A DNA stretch of 64,000 nt from Eledone cirrhosa (lineage: Eukaryota). The first letter of the stretch is position 1, and each line of letters begins with the position of its first letter. The position numbers and the translations under genes are program-made. A model generated the notes under the pieces. That model ran no database searches and had not been told where the DNA came from. It worked only from the letters and a program-made list of their open reading frames with translations. The stretch covers positions 370,388,001-370,452,000 of the forward strand of contig OZ024740.1 in assembly GCA_964016885.1 (NCBI GenBank). The letters are read 5' to 3'. This document shows, piece by piece, positions 1 to 13,378 of this stretch.

Positions 1-42
<42 letters not shown>

Positions 43-647
43 CATGGGTGTGCGTGTTTGGATGGGTGGATGTGTATGCATGTGTATGTGTGTCCAGCTG
101 TATCTGTGTGTGAGTTTCTGCGTGTATGTTAAGAAAGTGAAGCAGATAGAATTATGTATGTTCATAAATGTTTGCATCACGCATCACGAGCTTTAAGTCT
201 TGTAAGGCACCATCGTGTCTCCATCTACAGAGAACGTGTGATACTTATAATGTTGAATTGACTTTATTACGTTGTGACAATTACTGGTTAACTACTGGAC
301 TTTCAGAGTGATACTTTCATAGCTCATTAAATCGTTTGTTCGTATTATTTTATCTTTCTGTGCAAATGAAGCCAGCGGAACGCATCGCTCTACCATATAT
401 ACCTATAGGAGAAAATCGAGCACTCGGCAGGAAGATTACGGATTTAACGAAGCATTCATCTACACTACAAACACACTGGTGGTTACAGTCGGGATTTGTC
501 TATATGTATAGACTGGTTTCAGTTGTTAGACTACAGTCATGCTGGGGAAACACCTAATTATATACGCGTTTTGGCTTGTTAACCCACTATGTGATTGGTC
601 TTCTAAGCCTCTCTGCATGTCACAGCTGTTCATTGAGTGGCTTGAGT

Positions 648-686
<39 letters not shown>

Positions 687-796
687 TATGTATATACATG
701 CATATATATATATATACATATATATATATACATACATATATATATACATATATATATATATACATATATATACATACATGCATATATATATATATA

Positions 797-2592
797 TAAA
801 ACTGGGAACCTCTACTTCGTCAACCCCGACAGATTCCACACACTGATCAGGAGCAGCTTAAACTCCACCTATAAAAAGGCTAACCACTCAAGCATCGAGG
901 ACATAAATCGAGATGGACAACAAATTACCTCCAGCCTCGGGGTCGCCGACCGCTGGGAACCCCTAGACCCACGGACACCCTACTTCACACTGAAGGACCA
1001 CAAATCTGATTTCGACCGTAAACCATCTATTAGGCTTATAAACTCAATGAAGTCCGACATAGGGAGAATCAGTAAAAAAATCCTAGACCGCGTTATACCA
1101 AAATTTAAGCAAAACACTAGACTTAGCCTATGGGTCAACACCCAGGAAGTAATCTTATGGTTCAGCAATATGGAGGACAAACGAGACACAAAATTCATCC
1201 ACTTTGACATAGAGAGTTACTATGCTTCAATTACCTTACCGCTCCTTACGGCCGCCTTGTACTTTGCCGAGACACTTGCGCCCATTACCGACCAGGAAAG
1301 AAATATCATCCTCCACGCCAGGAAGCCAGTCTACTTTTCGACAACTCCAAATGGATAAAGAGAGCTCCCGACTCCCCCTTCGACGTCTGTATGGGCGCGA
1401 CGGATTCGGCTGAGGTCACAGATCTTATAGGATTATTCCTACTAGTTAAACTCACCGATATGTTTCCACATTTGGCGGTGGATTGTACCGGGATGATGGG
1501 CTCCTTACCCTTAAAGGGTACAACCCCAGTAGTACAAACCGGGTCCGTAAACAATTAATTAGCTTCTTCCGCGACTGGGGATTTAAAATAATCCTACAAA
1601 CGTCCCTAACCCGAGTAAACTTCCTGGACGTTACCCTTGACCTCGATAATGACCTGTACTACCCATACAGGAAACCCAACGACAACCTGCACTACATCCA
1701 CCGCCGGTCAAACCATCCTAGAAACATCACCAATAACCTGGTTAAAAACATCTCCCTCCGCATATCTCGTTTGTCCGCTAATGAGCAGATATTCGAGGAA
1801 CATGCGCCTTATTACAACCAGGCCCTCAAGCGGAGTGGCTCCGGAAGAAATATCCTACTGTCCAGCTTCCATTAGCGGAACCAGCAGGCGACACCGCCGC
1901 TCACGCAACGTAACGTGGTTCAATCCTCCCCACAACGCCGAGGTGACAGCACCTATCGGGAAAATCTTCTTTAGGCTCATCGAAAACACTTCCCACTACA
2001 ACACCACTACCACAACATAATCAACAAAAATACCATCAAACTCTCCTACAGCACCACACCTAACTTTGCACAAAACATCGTCTCCTCTAACAACAAAAAA
2101 CTCAACCCTATGGAAGAAATAACCTAAATAGCAGTGGAGAGCCGACCAGTTGGTGTAACTGTCCTGATAGATCCATCTGCCCCTCGACAACAGATGCAGA
2201 GATCGTCATGTGATCTACCAGTGCAACGTGAGGACGGACACCTCCAACAAAGCTTATATAGGATTAACCGCTTGTGACTTCAAGACCCGGCTATACCAAC
2301 ACAGACATACTTTCCGAAACCCGGGCCGGCGTCACGCCACCTCACTTTCAAGCCACATCTGGGACCTCAAAGATAACAATATAACCTATGATCTCACTTG
2401 GAGCTTACTGTCCAGAGCCAACTCTTACACGGGGGACGCCGTCCGTGCAACTTATGCTCGGAGGAAACATTACAAATTCTGCTTTCGACGGACCAACTCC
2501 TAAACAAGAAAGACAAACTGGTAACTGCATGCAAACACAGATTGCGTAGGGCTTACCTCGCCCTCAAACCCCATAATGACCCGGGGGGGTAG
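797..2592 (+). pseudogene. Disrupted PLE reverse transcriptase/GIY-YIG ORF
   Basis: ORFs 576-1358, 1483-1875, 1637-2020, 2210-2503 and 2398-2592 each carry consecutive parts of one protein, separated by frameshifts. Confidence 0.9.
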
Positions 2593-3702
2593 ACAAGGGC
2601 TGTAACACCCCACTTGCCGACTTTGTAATGGGTAACCCCTGCTTGCAAAGGTAAACGTAAGATTTTCTTATATATATTTTTATCGTTTCCTCTATATTTC
2701 CTTCCTTCCCCCATCCCTTCCTAGTACTTCCACCCCAGTTCTCCTTCTTTGTCGTCGTCCTTTTCACTTTCTCGCCCACCCTGAGGCAGCCCTTCGGTCC
2801 TTTGTAGCCTCAGTACTCCCACCCCCATCCCCTATTCTATGATAGAATTGGCCGACTCCACTTTTTATAGCAGATGCGATAGACCCCAGATACTTGCTTT
2901 CTTATCCGATTGTTGCCCCCATTTCCGTGATTTCTAGATTACTTAGTGGTATCTCTGCTTTAGTTTCTCGTATATTAGTATTTATTTGGGGCTGGGGGGA
3001 GGGGCGGGGGGTTCTGAATTAATTTTTCGTATTAAATTTTTCATATATATCGTACGAGCATTTATGTAGTTTGTATTAGAATTTATGTATTGTAGCGGAA
3101 CTCTTATAAATCGTATTAGTATTCATTTTCGGGATTCTGAATTATTATTTCGTATTAGTTTCGGGACTCTGAATTATTATTTCGTAGTAGTTTCTTTAGT
3201 ATTTTGGCCCCCAACTTGTTGACCTGTCACTGTAAGATAGATTTGGACGATTACTACTAACTCATAAAATTCTTTCACTACAATCTCGTATTTAGTATTC
3301 CGTCCCACCTATTAAACTTTTCTATAGTTTAGCAGTACCAGTGAGAGACTTGATGATTGTGGTAGGGGAATAGTAACCAGAATTTTGTTTTTCTTTTTTT
3401 TTAACATTCTTATTATTCTTCTATATATTTACTCCATATTGATTTACTTATTGTTTCGACTTAGACTCCCTCTCCCTCCCTAGTATACTTCTCTTGACCT
3501 CCTATCCTTAGGATTCTGCTGTAGTTGGCACCTTCAACGCACGACTGGGTTTCCTCCACTCCCTCTCCCTCTTTCTTCTACTGGCAAGTTCAGCTACCCC
3601 TTCCTTCCACAAAATGCCATGATAGAATTATGTGTCTCAACAACAAACTTTTGACCAATCCTTGTGACAATCACTTTTACCATATATGGAATTACCCCCC
3701 CC

Positions 3703-3795
3703 CCCCCGAGAAGCTCGGCTATTCATGTACCAGGATAAATATGTTCATTTAGTCTAGAATTAGCCGTCGAAACGGCTTGAGCTCAGCCGTCGGGG
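3703..3795 (+). ncRNA. Degenerate type-I hammerhead-like motif at the 3' end of the Naiad element
   Basis: CCCC/GGGG stem I, stem II CGGCTATTC...GAATTAGCCG, GAAAC-GGC..GCC-GTC. The CUGANGA box is degenerate (CCGAGAA). Confidence 0.5.
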
Positions 3796-3806
3796 TCCTA
3801 CTCGTT

Positions 3807-3874
<68 letters not shown>

Positions 3875-3933
3875 CATAAAAACAAAACAACACAACTTAA
3901 TTGTATACATACATATATATACATATATATATG

Positions 3934-4012
<79 letters not shown>

Positions 4013-4039
4013 GCATGCACATATATATATACATATATA

Positions 4040-4515
4040 TACTTTGATAACTTTGATATGTTTCGGCCAGTATTGATCCAGACCATGTCTAACTTAATAA
4101 CACCACCTGGCGAAGTCTTGTAAATAAGGATTTGGGACCATGGCCCACTCAAGTAGAGAGTTATTGTTTACGGAGGCATATCCGGGTGAAGGAGGTTTAT
4201 CGGGGATTCCTTGAAGGAATTTGTCCAATGACTTCTTGAACTTGATGAGGTCTGTCTCTGTTTTAATGCGTTTTGGTGAAACGTTAAAGAGAGCGAGGCC
4301 AACTGAGGTGGAATAATTGTTCCGTATTGTTGTTACGAGATACGAGTGAGATTTTTGTCGTGGGCTGATATCACGGGGCTCAAGCCTTGGGTGTACATTA
4401 AAGGTGGTGCCAACATCATTTGGGCAAAGCTGATGGAATATTTTCCACATGATGCAGATAATGTAGCGCTGACGGCGACGTTGGAGAGAATAATGGTTCA
4501 GCTTTTCTAATCGAC
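4040..4515 (-). mobile_element. 3' fragment of a CR1-group LINE (ORF2 C-terminus + 3' UTR)
   Basis: EKLNHYSLQRRRQRYII-MWKI...[34 protein letters not shown] related 3' tail occurs at ~42745-42812. Confidence 0.75.
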
Positions 4516-4576
4516 TCTATATATATATATATATATATACATACATATATATATACATGTATATATATATATATTT

Positions 4577-4703
4577 CGTTTCTGAATTTGTTTAGCAAGA
4601 TTCTTTATCTGAAAACGTGTGTTGAAACCGATATTGTTATGCTTTGGGAGGGTCATGTTGCCAATAATGTTGGCAACATGGCCCTCCCAAAGCATAACAA
4701 TAT
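4577..4703. repeat. Short (TA)n-embedded module with a ~33 bp-arm hairpin (4632-4703); second copy at 53028-53118
   Basis: TATTGTTATGCTTTGGGAGGGTCATGTTGCCAA-taatg-TTGGCAACATGGCCCTCCCAAAGCATAACAATA. Both copies share CGTTTCTGAATTTGTTTAGCAAGATTCTTTATCTGAAA. Confidence 0.8.
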
Positions 4704-5699
4704 ATATATATACATACATATATATATGCATACATATATACATACATATGTATATATACATACATATATAAATGTGTGTGTGTGTGTATGTGTATGTGTC
4801 TGTGTAACAAACGAATGGTTTATCGCTCTACATGGCTGAGTACAATATATGTAATCAGAGTATTTTGAATATTAATAATAATATTCGATTCGTTTGCAAT
4901 TATGCAAACAACCTCTTTAAAGCCATGTCAGTAGAATGACTTTGTCATTCTTGTTTTTGTGCTGGCATGTAAACAGAACTGCAGACACTAATATTTCTGG
5001 GTGATTAGCGTTCTTCAGTGCAGTATACTGCTTGCCTGCCAACTGCCAGAGCTAGTAAAAATATTTATAGACTCTCATTTAATATGTCTTTTTGATTCAT
5101 CTGCTATTTCTAGCGCATCGAGAAACCTCCTAGGTTCTTTTTTACGCTTCCAGGCTTTTCCGAAAGCTCGTTTCTAGTTGTATATTGTACAAGTATATCA
5201 ATTTTGTCTAGTATAGTTTCTGAAGTGTTCTACGTATGTAAAGTTTCGTGAGGATATCGTAAAGAAGCAATATCTCTCAAAACTACATCTTCCCAATTTA
5301 TATCATTCATTTTACAGAAGATTATTACCTGGGTTTGATGTTTTCCACTTTTCCTATTACCATGCCATATTCCATTTCATTTTGGTCATTGTAAGGAGAC
5401 ATGCTTAATCGCTTAATAACTGCTTGATGACATATAAAACATGTCATGTTCTTTCATTTTCTCAAATCTACGTTTGCGATATTATCTTAACTAAATGTGT
5501 TTACCTACTACTTCATAAACGAAATTCGATATGCAAAAACAATAGTAGACGTTTATTTGGTTCAAATAGTTGTTCATATGAATTCGTTCCGGGAATAAAT
5601 TCGTTTCTGAGAAGTCAATTTACACTCGCTATTGCTGGCTATTGCTATTTATCACGTGCTCTAATAATCCATTCGAATCCGAAACACGGCATTTTGGTA

Positions 5700-6560
5700 C
5701 AATGAGATCTCTACACATTAACCATCTATATTTTTCATAAATGAGTTTTTCTAAATACAATTTGAGATTTTCCTAATTTGTCTTTAAATAAACATATAGA
5801 CACACTAATATTGATATATATCACTGCCGTTATAAATTGAGACTATTCAAAGAAGCATCAATACATATATTCCAGTCGCTGCTTCGATATTTGGTGGCTA
5901 GCTTGCACAGCACTCCCTAAATATCTTTGCAAAAACCCACTGTAAAATCCCTATAAAACGCAAGGCACACAATATATTTCTAGTGTCTCTGAAACAGACA
6001 ATTGTTGTATTAGTTGCCAAAATATTGTTCCTTTGCATTTTGGAACCTAAATGTTTTGCTACTTCCTGGAGCATATTCAAATTGATAAATCATACAGTTG
6101 GCCTTTGGTTAATTGATTATGTTTTTGGTTATCTTCCGGTTTATAAACATTGTAATTAGATTAATTTGACTCTGAATCTGAATTATAATTATCTACGCCA
6201 GTAGAGTGAGGGACATTAATAGTCGTCATAGAGAATGAATCTCATTGCTGCTGAAAGATTTTCATACTGTTGACATTCTTTTTTATTGGAATTGCATCCC
6301 TGAATATTGCAAAAACAAACGTAATTTGATATGATTTTAAGAGATGGAGGTGGCGATGGAGTTTTGTTTTACAATGGCTTTAATTACCCAATACAAAAAC
6401 ATTCACGAAATACCTTGAGTGGTGCTTAACATTTGTGACTATCACCGTAATTCATCCATAAATAAGAAAAAAAAACTTTCTTAACGAAATTTTTTTTTTC
6501 TTCGTTGCTTTTTTGTAGCAAACGCACATCTTTCATAACATATATCCGGGAAATTGATGC
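5700..6560 (-). mobile_element. Degraded Chapaev3 (CMC)-like transposase fragment
   Basis: Relic translations VCFCNIQGCNSNKK..YENLSAAMR and LTKGQLYDL..VAKHLGSKMQRNNILATNTTIVCFRD resemble the Chapaev3 motifs CYFC..YPNLPSA.RP and ELNDL.RDL..AELLGSRL (from memory). Confidence 0.55.
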
Positions 6561-7579
6561 AACTTCTAGAAGTTACTATTAAATCTTTAAAATAAGTACT
6601 TGAGCATTCCTGTAAAAACAGAACAAATTATATTATATATACTGCATATAAGGTTTCAAATATACATTAAAAAGCACTTTGTACATGCTGTCAGCTAATG
6701 GGATAAATGTTCAAGGAATGCACACGAAATGGTATAATATAAAAACGTATTTGATTAATTATATAAAAAACATGTGATCATAGGAAACCGATATTTGTTT
6801 TGAATATGCCCTCAAAGTATAAAATAAATTAAATATTTTACATTCCCAGCGAAATAACACCCACATTTCTATCAATGTTTATTATACCTGCATAAAAACG
6901 TCACGTTCGATCGTGTGCTTTAGGGGATATTGGGACTGCACGACAGAGATTTACTTAAAGCAAAATAATAACAATAACCTAACTACATGAAATGAAATCC
7001 AAATAAACACAGAACAATGTATGATATAAATATATATATGATCCAAAAATATATATCTCTAAAACTAATGTACTATGTAATTAAACATAGACACCCTACT
7101 CAATTAAGCCTAAATTCAAAAACTTTTAAATCATAAAAAAGTGTTCTGAAGAAAATATTAATTTCGTCCGTTTTCTTTGCGACCTAGATAATATGTATGA
7201 TAATTAAATAAAAGAAAGAGAAATTTAAATAGAACGTCTACATAGCTTTTTCGTTCATGTTAGTTATATCTCTAAGGTAAATTATCACCATGTTAACTTA
7301 TACAATATATGTTTAAGCAAAAGGTTTGGCTCATCAATTATTTGTAATTGTAGAATTCTAAAATAGAAATTCGTTAATTCATAACAACACATCATTATTA
7401 CATTCTATTTTAAATTATGCAAAGGGCGAAAGGTTATTATAAAAGCAAATTATTGATTACTGACATAAGCAGAAAGTTGGATATTTTCGGAGCAAAAAAA
7501 GTAACGTTTCGATCGGCCTCTATATTTGATTATCAGGGTCCGAAATGTTGAAAGTCAAAACCCAATTGAATTTAAATAT

Positions 7580-7845
7580 AACTAAATACTGCAAGGCATA
7601 TTGGACAACAAGCATCTAAAACTGATAACCATTATACGGTATATTAAGTGTGCTTTAAAACTATTCGTAGAATCATCAATACATAAATTCCAGTCACTGC
7701 TTTGGTATTTAATGGCTAGCTTCCACAGTAATCCCAAAACATCTTTGCAAAAGCCTACAGTAATATCCATAAAACAAAAATGACACCGAATATTTTTCTA
7801 GTGTCTCTGAACCAGTAAATTGTTGTATTAGTTGCCAAAATATCC
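7580..7845 (-). mobile_element. Second Chapaev3-like transposase fragment (paralogous to ~5850-6025)
   Basis: FCKDVLGLLWKLAIKYQSSDWNLCIDDSTNSFKAHL resembles DWRLFIDSSKRSLKAVL. Direct DNA similarity to 5850-6025. Confidence 0.6.
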
Positions 7846-7861
7846 TTCGGTGCGATTTAAA

Positions 7862-8027
7862 CTATGGCCCTTTACGTTCGGAGTTCAACTCCCTCCGAGG
7901 GTAGCTTTGCCTTTCATCCTTACGGGGTCGATAAAATAAGGTACTAGTCACGCACTGGGGTCGATTTAAATGACTTTCCCCTCCGCCAAAATTGCTGGCC
8001 TTGTGCCTATATAAGAAACCATTATTA
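7862..8027 (+). mobile_element. tRNA-derived SINE, family A (5'-truncated)
   Basis: B-box-like GAGTTCAACTCC plus central GCCTTTCATCCTTACGGGGTCGATAAAATAAG and 3' GCTGGCCTTGTGCC..ATTATT. Confidence 0.8.
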
Positions 8028-8100
8028 AACAAACACATGTAAATATATATATGTGTGTGTATGTGCGTATGTGTGTGTACATATATATACATATATATAC

Positions 8101-8131
<31 letters not shown>

Positions 8132-8499
8132 CATATATATACATATATATATATATACATACATATATACATATATATATACATATACATATATATATAT
8201 AAACATATATATATACATACATATGCATGTATATAAATATACATATATATATACATACATATACATATATACATATATATATATACATACATATACGTGT
8301 ATATATAATGTTAATTTTTGTCCTTGTTTACTATGCAAAGCTGCGCATATACTGCAATCTAAAAGCTCCTGTATTGTAAATTACTAACAGCATTTAATAT
8401 CAGTATGAAAGAAAATAAAAAGTAATCTGAAGAGATAGAAGCTAGATTGGAGTTATCTATACTATATGTATATAAAAAACGATATACTAATAAAAATAA

Positions 8500-8680
8500 A
8501 AATAAATAAGATATGATATTAGAAAATGTATATAGGAATATATTAAAGTGTGGACAGTATTTATTATTATTATTATGTTTTTTTTGTTTTTTTTTGTTTT
8601 TGATTTTTGTTTCTACGATTATCTGGCCATGATTTTCTTCGATACATTTCCTAATACGTGCAAAGTGGGTGAGACACATT
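8500..8680 (-). mobile_element. Tc1/mariner-like relic; paralogous copy at ~14790-15210 is interrupted by SINEs
   Basis: MCLTHFARIRKCIEENHGQ resembles a mariner C-terminus. DNA is shared with 14793-14872 and 15183-15210. Confidence 0.4.
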
Positions 8681-8837
8681 TTAAATTCCGTATTCCATTT
8701 TTAGGCATATTGCCAGATAAGTGAATTATGGTAAAAGTCATGCTCTCTGTTTTCCAACGTGAATGAAATTCAAATTGGCCAGTAGACCACGCGGCAAAAT
8801 TAAAGGGTTTGGGTTGGTTGATACTTGTAGCAATGGA

Positions 8838-9073
<236 letters not shown>

Positions 9074-9669
9074 TAGATTGCTGTATTGGAATAACAACAA
9101 TAAATAATTATCATCTTTTCCTTACATTTTTCTTCAAAAAAGACATTCTTAATAGAAGCAAGTATTCAATGCAGCCGTTGACAACAGAGACCATTCACAG
9201 AACATCTAAGGATTGAAAGATTCATATGAATAATTGAATAAGAAAGAAAGAAAATAATAGGAAATTCTTAATAGAGAGGAAAATAAAATAAAACCGATTA
9301 TGTTTGGTAAGGAATTACCATTACTACGCTTACGTACTTTAACTATATTACAGTTATAGGGACTTTGATTTCTAATATAATCCACAAATATTGATTTAAA
9401 CATACAGATACCACATAATCCATTGCTTTAAACATTCGAGGTGGATTTAATGAATATGATAAAAATAATAAAGTAAAAAAGGAGGTGGATTAAAGAATGG
9501 TTTACTTAAAGAATAGGATAATACACTAATTGAATTAAGAAAACAAAACGGATTATATGTGCATGCGAATAAAATAAGAAATATATATAATCAAGTCAAG
9601 TGAAGATGTTTGTGTTATATTACATGGTTTAAATGACCATTTCACTCTCTATATATAAAGACATACACA

Positions 9670-10101
9670 TGATGGTTGCAACTAGATTTCGAGTAATGCC
9701 ATCGCTAGAGACTCGCCTATGTCCAGCTATACCATGCATTGCAACAAATTTCACATATCAAGCGATGATTATGCTTGAAGCTTTTTTAAAGTGAGCAAAG
9801 GCTTTGAACAGGGCCAATCCCACTCTCTGAAAATCGAATGCATTTGCCCAAAACGAACAGCAGGTCTACATCATTGGATGCAAATGAAGTCGCAGATTTT
9901 ATACCAGAGAGACCTTCTCCTAGAGAGATGTCTTAATGAAAACTCGGAGTCTCTCGCTCCACAAAAATGAGGAAAAAAATATACTTTATTGGATGGCCGT
10001 TGACTCGCCGACCTTTGACGGGATTTGTTTTTCATCCCAAGTGACGACCCGACCATGCACAGGTTGTACTAGGTTACATGTTACCAGTAGCGCAGACCTG
10101 A
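9670..10101 (-). mobile_element. Non-autonomous element family B (RTE-5'UTR-like), diverged copy
   Basis: Shares TGGATGGCCGTTGACTC, GACGACCCGACCATG.ACAGGTTGTACTAGGTTACATGTTACCAGTAGC..ACCTGACATA with the 55-63 kb copies. Confidence 0.7.
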
Positions 10102-12543
10102 CATATACACGTACACATGCATATACATACACATGCATATACATACACACGTATTTACACATACACACACACATATACACATACAAATACATACACATGT
10201 ATATATTTAGAGAGATGCATACATATAGATATATGCACGCATACACTCACAGAGATATATATAAATGAGAGAGTTTACCGTTTTAAAATTATTTCCTACA
10301 TTGGAACAATGGCAGAGCTTTGTATGTGAAATGTATAGTCCGTTTAATCGACAGCTGAATACGCCTAATAATTGAAGAAAGACAAAGGTTAGAAGAGCTT
10401 CTGCAAAATTTGAACGCAAAATGTCAAATAAACTTTACTGCCTATGTAAATAGGTATCGGTTATTTATGCATTCTGACAATATAGATGAGTGTTATGATT
10501 TCAGTCTATGCTTAGATAGCAGTAATCTGTAAAGATGATGCGCCACCATGGTCGCAATCTAAGGATTGAAACATATAAAAGAATATAAGAACGAGAAATT
10601 GGACGTTTTGAACACCCAATATATTATCTATATCTGCATGTATTTCTTCTGAAGCAAAGCAAAACAATGATATAAATCTATATATGTTTTGATGGAAATT
10701 TACAGAAATGTCTAGAAGATATGAAAGAAATAAAAAGAAAAAAGTAAGTAATAATCCGAATAAGTTGTTTCATATTTTCCTTGCTGTATATTTAAAATGA
10801 ATAGCAAATGTCATTTAACATCAGACAGCTAGAAATCAGCTTTAAATAACACGATTGAGCACTGAACAATAAAAATTCATTAAAGAAAAACAAGGGAACA
10901 TGCAATAACGACAATGAGACAATAAAGAACGAAGAAAAGCTAAAGAAGAAAATACTAAAAGAGAGGAAATGGAAACAAAAATATAAACAAGATGATGTCA
11001 GCGAGGACATACGGCAAGTGAAAACGAAACAGCGAAATATAGGAAATACAACAACATTTTGGTGGCATCCGAATGAAAAATAACAACAGAGAAAAATAAT
11101 TAAGAAGTGATACATTTATTAGAAGGTTGATATAAAATATACTGATGAAATTGAAATATGAAAAACAAGTGTAAGAAATAAAATCAAAATTGTATCGATT
11201 GAAGAAAAGCAATCAAAATTAAGATTAACTTTCTCATACCATTTTAGCTCACTATGAAATATGAGGCATGTAAATTGGAATAATAAGTGGTGTACAAGAT
11301 GTTTTTGTAACATTTATTTTTGTCTAGAATCTTTGATAATTATTATACATTGTTTATTAATCATACTTCCATTAATTGAGATGGCTGAAGACATATTTAG
11401 CTAACAGAATGAAAGCTAAATCAGGTGAAGTTTGTATCAAGAAGCTATTTATGAATCAGGTGTTCATCAGTTAATTAATAACAATGACTTAAAGGCAAGC
11501 AGAGTTAAGAGTTGAGTTTCTCATAAAGAAAAATTCGAATAACCACATATAACATGGAAGATTCTATTCACGTTAGACTGTGTATAGTCAATTGAATGGA
11601 TATTGTTTTAAAAGTGTTGGAAGAACGTGGGATGTTAATCGGAATTGATACAATCTATAGATGAATCTACAACAGTAAGGTATCAAACTGCTTATAGTAA
11701 AGTGCTCTTTACTAAACTATTATTTCAACGTTTGATAATACATAAGTCTCTGTATTTTATTTAATTTTGATAGTTTTAAAGGAAGAGTTTATGACTACGG
11801 CCTTCGTAGGATATGTGAGACTGGAGAGATCAACGTAGCTATTGTTCTTCTTAGACAGTTCAATGTTACTGGAAGAAATACATGTATAGGAACTGAATAG
11901 AACTGACGTCCTGAAACGAAAGAATAGAGTGTAGCTAATGCAAGTTCTTGGTGGGAGTGGCTAAACTATAGATAAAGAGAGGAGAATAGACCACTGAAAC
12001 ATAAGTAGTTTATTGGCGGGACCATACAGCTAGTTACCACTACAGTAGGGGTAGAAAAATAGAGGGAGACGACAGCAAGGGTGGAATATATATCATTTAT
12101 GTCAGTGTTCGTTTCTCAGAATCTTAGTGGCAAATAGGAATATAAATGACTAACTATTTATTTATTTTATAATTTAATAGAATTACAGACAATAAATCAG
12201 TTCACAGTTGTATAAATAGCATTGCAGGAAATATGAAAGAAAAAAAGGAAAGGAAAAAAAGAATAAAAACGAAACTAGGCAACGAACAGAGGGGGGAGGG
12301 GTAAATAGGGCAGATCTGACTGTATAGGAAAGTAGGCGAAAGGGCTATAAATGGCATAAATGAGAGGAAAAGGATGGAAAAGCGAAGACTATGAGGCCAT
12401 GGAACATTGGGAGGGAAAGGGGAGAGGCTATGTCTGGGGTGGTGCGCTGTTTGGGCTGTGCCCCGCGGACAAATCTGCAAAGGCATTTCCGCAGACAACG
12501 GCCAGCAACAGCCATTCCACCACGCGGAGTTCCTTCCTCAGAC

Positions 12544-12660
12544 AGGCTGCTGACGTTCCGATTTAACGGAGGAACTCGGCACTACGATACCGAGGACTCT
12601 TCAAACGGGCTGCTGACATTCCGATTTAACAGAGGAACTCGGCAGTACGGAACCGAGGAC
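12544..12660 (+). repeat. Two ~63 bp tandem units inside a GC-rich island (~12290-12820)
   Basis: GGCTGCTGAC(G/A)TTCCGATTTAAC(G/A)GAGGAACTCGGCA.TACG..ACCGAGGAC occurs twice. Confidence 0.85.
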
Positions 12661-13298
12661 GCGTGAGGTCTCTACAGCGACCGGTACGAAGAGGAAGCGG
12701 CCGGAAAAGCCCCGGTATTTGCTTGTTTTCCTATCCTCTGCATTGCATGCCGCAGTACTGGGGTTTGTGGCTGAAGCGACTAAGTTGTAGGCGGAGAACC
12801 GGAATATTATGTCTTATTCTTTGGCAATTTGTATTTAAGTTAAATTTGATGCCAGCTTTCGAAAAGAAGGAGGTACAAACTGAATTATATTGCCTTCACT
12901 ATGTTAATGGTACCTACCGTAAAGACTCCATAAAGACGAAAGACACAGTCATCTTGATCTGGGATTTGAACCAGAAAGCTTTTAAAATTCTACTCTAGTA
13001 TAGAACTGAACCATTACAGACACTCTGCCGTCCATCTCAGTACGGATATCAAAGTAATATATTTGCATATTCAGCCTGTCCTTATGTAAACGTGTACGAT
13101 TCCAGTATGGTTCGTATATAACGATTGTTAAATTCCTATATATTTCTTCTTTAGTAACTTAAGGCGTGCATGAAGATCTGATTTAGCTTGCATATATATT
13201 TTAAAAGAGGAAATATATTTTTCACGTTATTACTGATACCATTATTACCAGTAATGCACTGGGTAATTACTGGCCTTGTGCCTAAAGTAGAAACAATT

Positions 13299-13378
13299 AT
13301 TAAATATTATAATTGGCATGATCCAGCTTTATAGCATAAATGCTATAAAGCTGGATCATGCCAATTATAATATTTAAT
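13299..13378. repeat. Perfect ~39 bp-arm palindrome abutting a SINE 3' end
   Basis: ATTAAATATTATAATTGGCATGATCCAGCTTTATAGCAT-AA-ATGCTATAAAGCTGGATCATGCCAATTATAATATTTAAT. Confidence 0.92.

Larger units (their letters stand above)
797..3808 (+). mobile_element. Penelope-like retroelement, Naiad-type (RT + Cys linker + C-terminal GIY-YIG), 5'-truncated, frameshifted, flanked by (TA)n
   Basis: Stitched frames give [130 protein letters not shown] ~1.2 kb 3' UTR ends in an HHR-like motif. Confidence 0.9.

Noticed and set aside
797-2700. Selenocysteine/SECIS usage, reported for some Naiad elements
   Set aside because: The conserved Cys codons I read are TGT/TGC with no in-frame TGA, and there is no convincing SECIS. 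The stop at 27129 in the second Naiad is TAA.
11142-11160. CTGATGAAATTGAAA hammerhead-like word (also 7145 and 23118)
   Set aside because: No stem II/III or stem I pairing; expected by chance in AT-rich DNA.
11380-11990. Possible very old RT remnant
   Set aside because: No diagnostic motif could be read with confidence.
12544-12660. CRISPR-like repeat (also 32892-32939)
   Set aside because: Contiguous tandem units without unique spacers; eukaryotic context with no cas genes.
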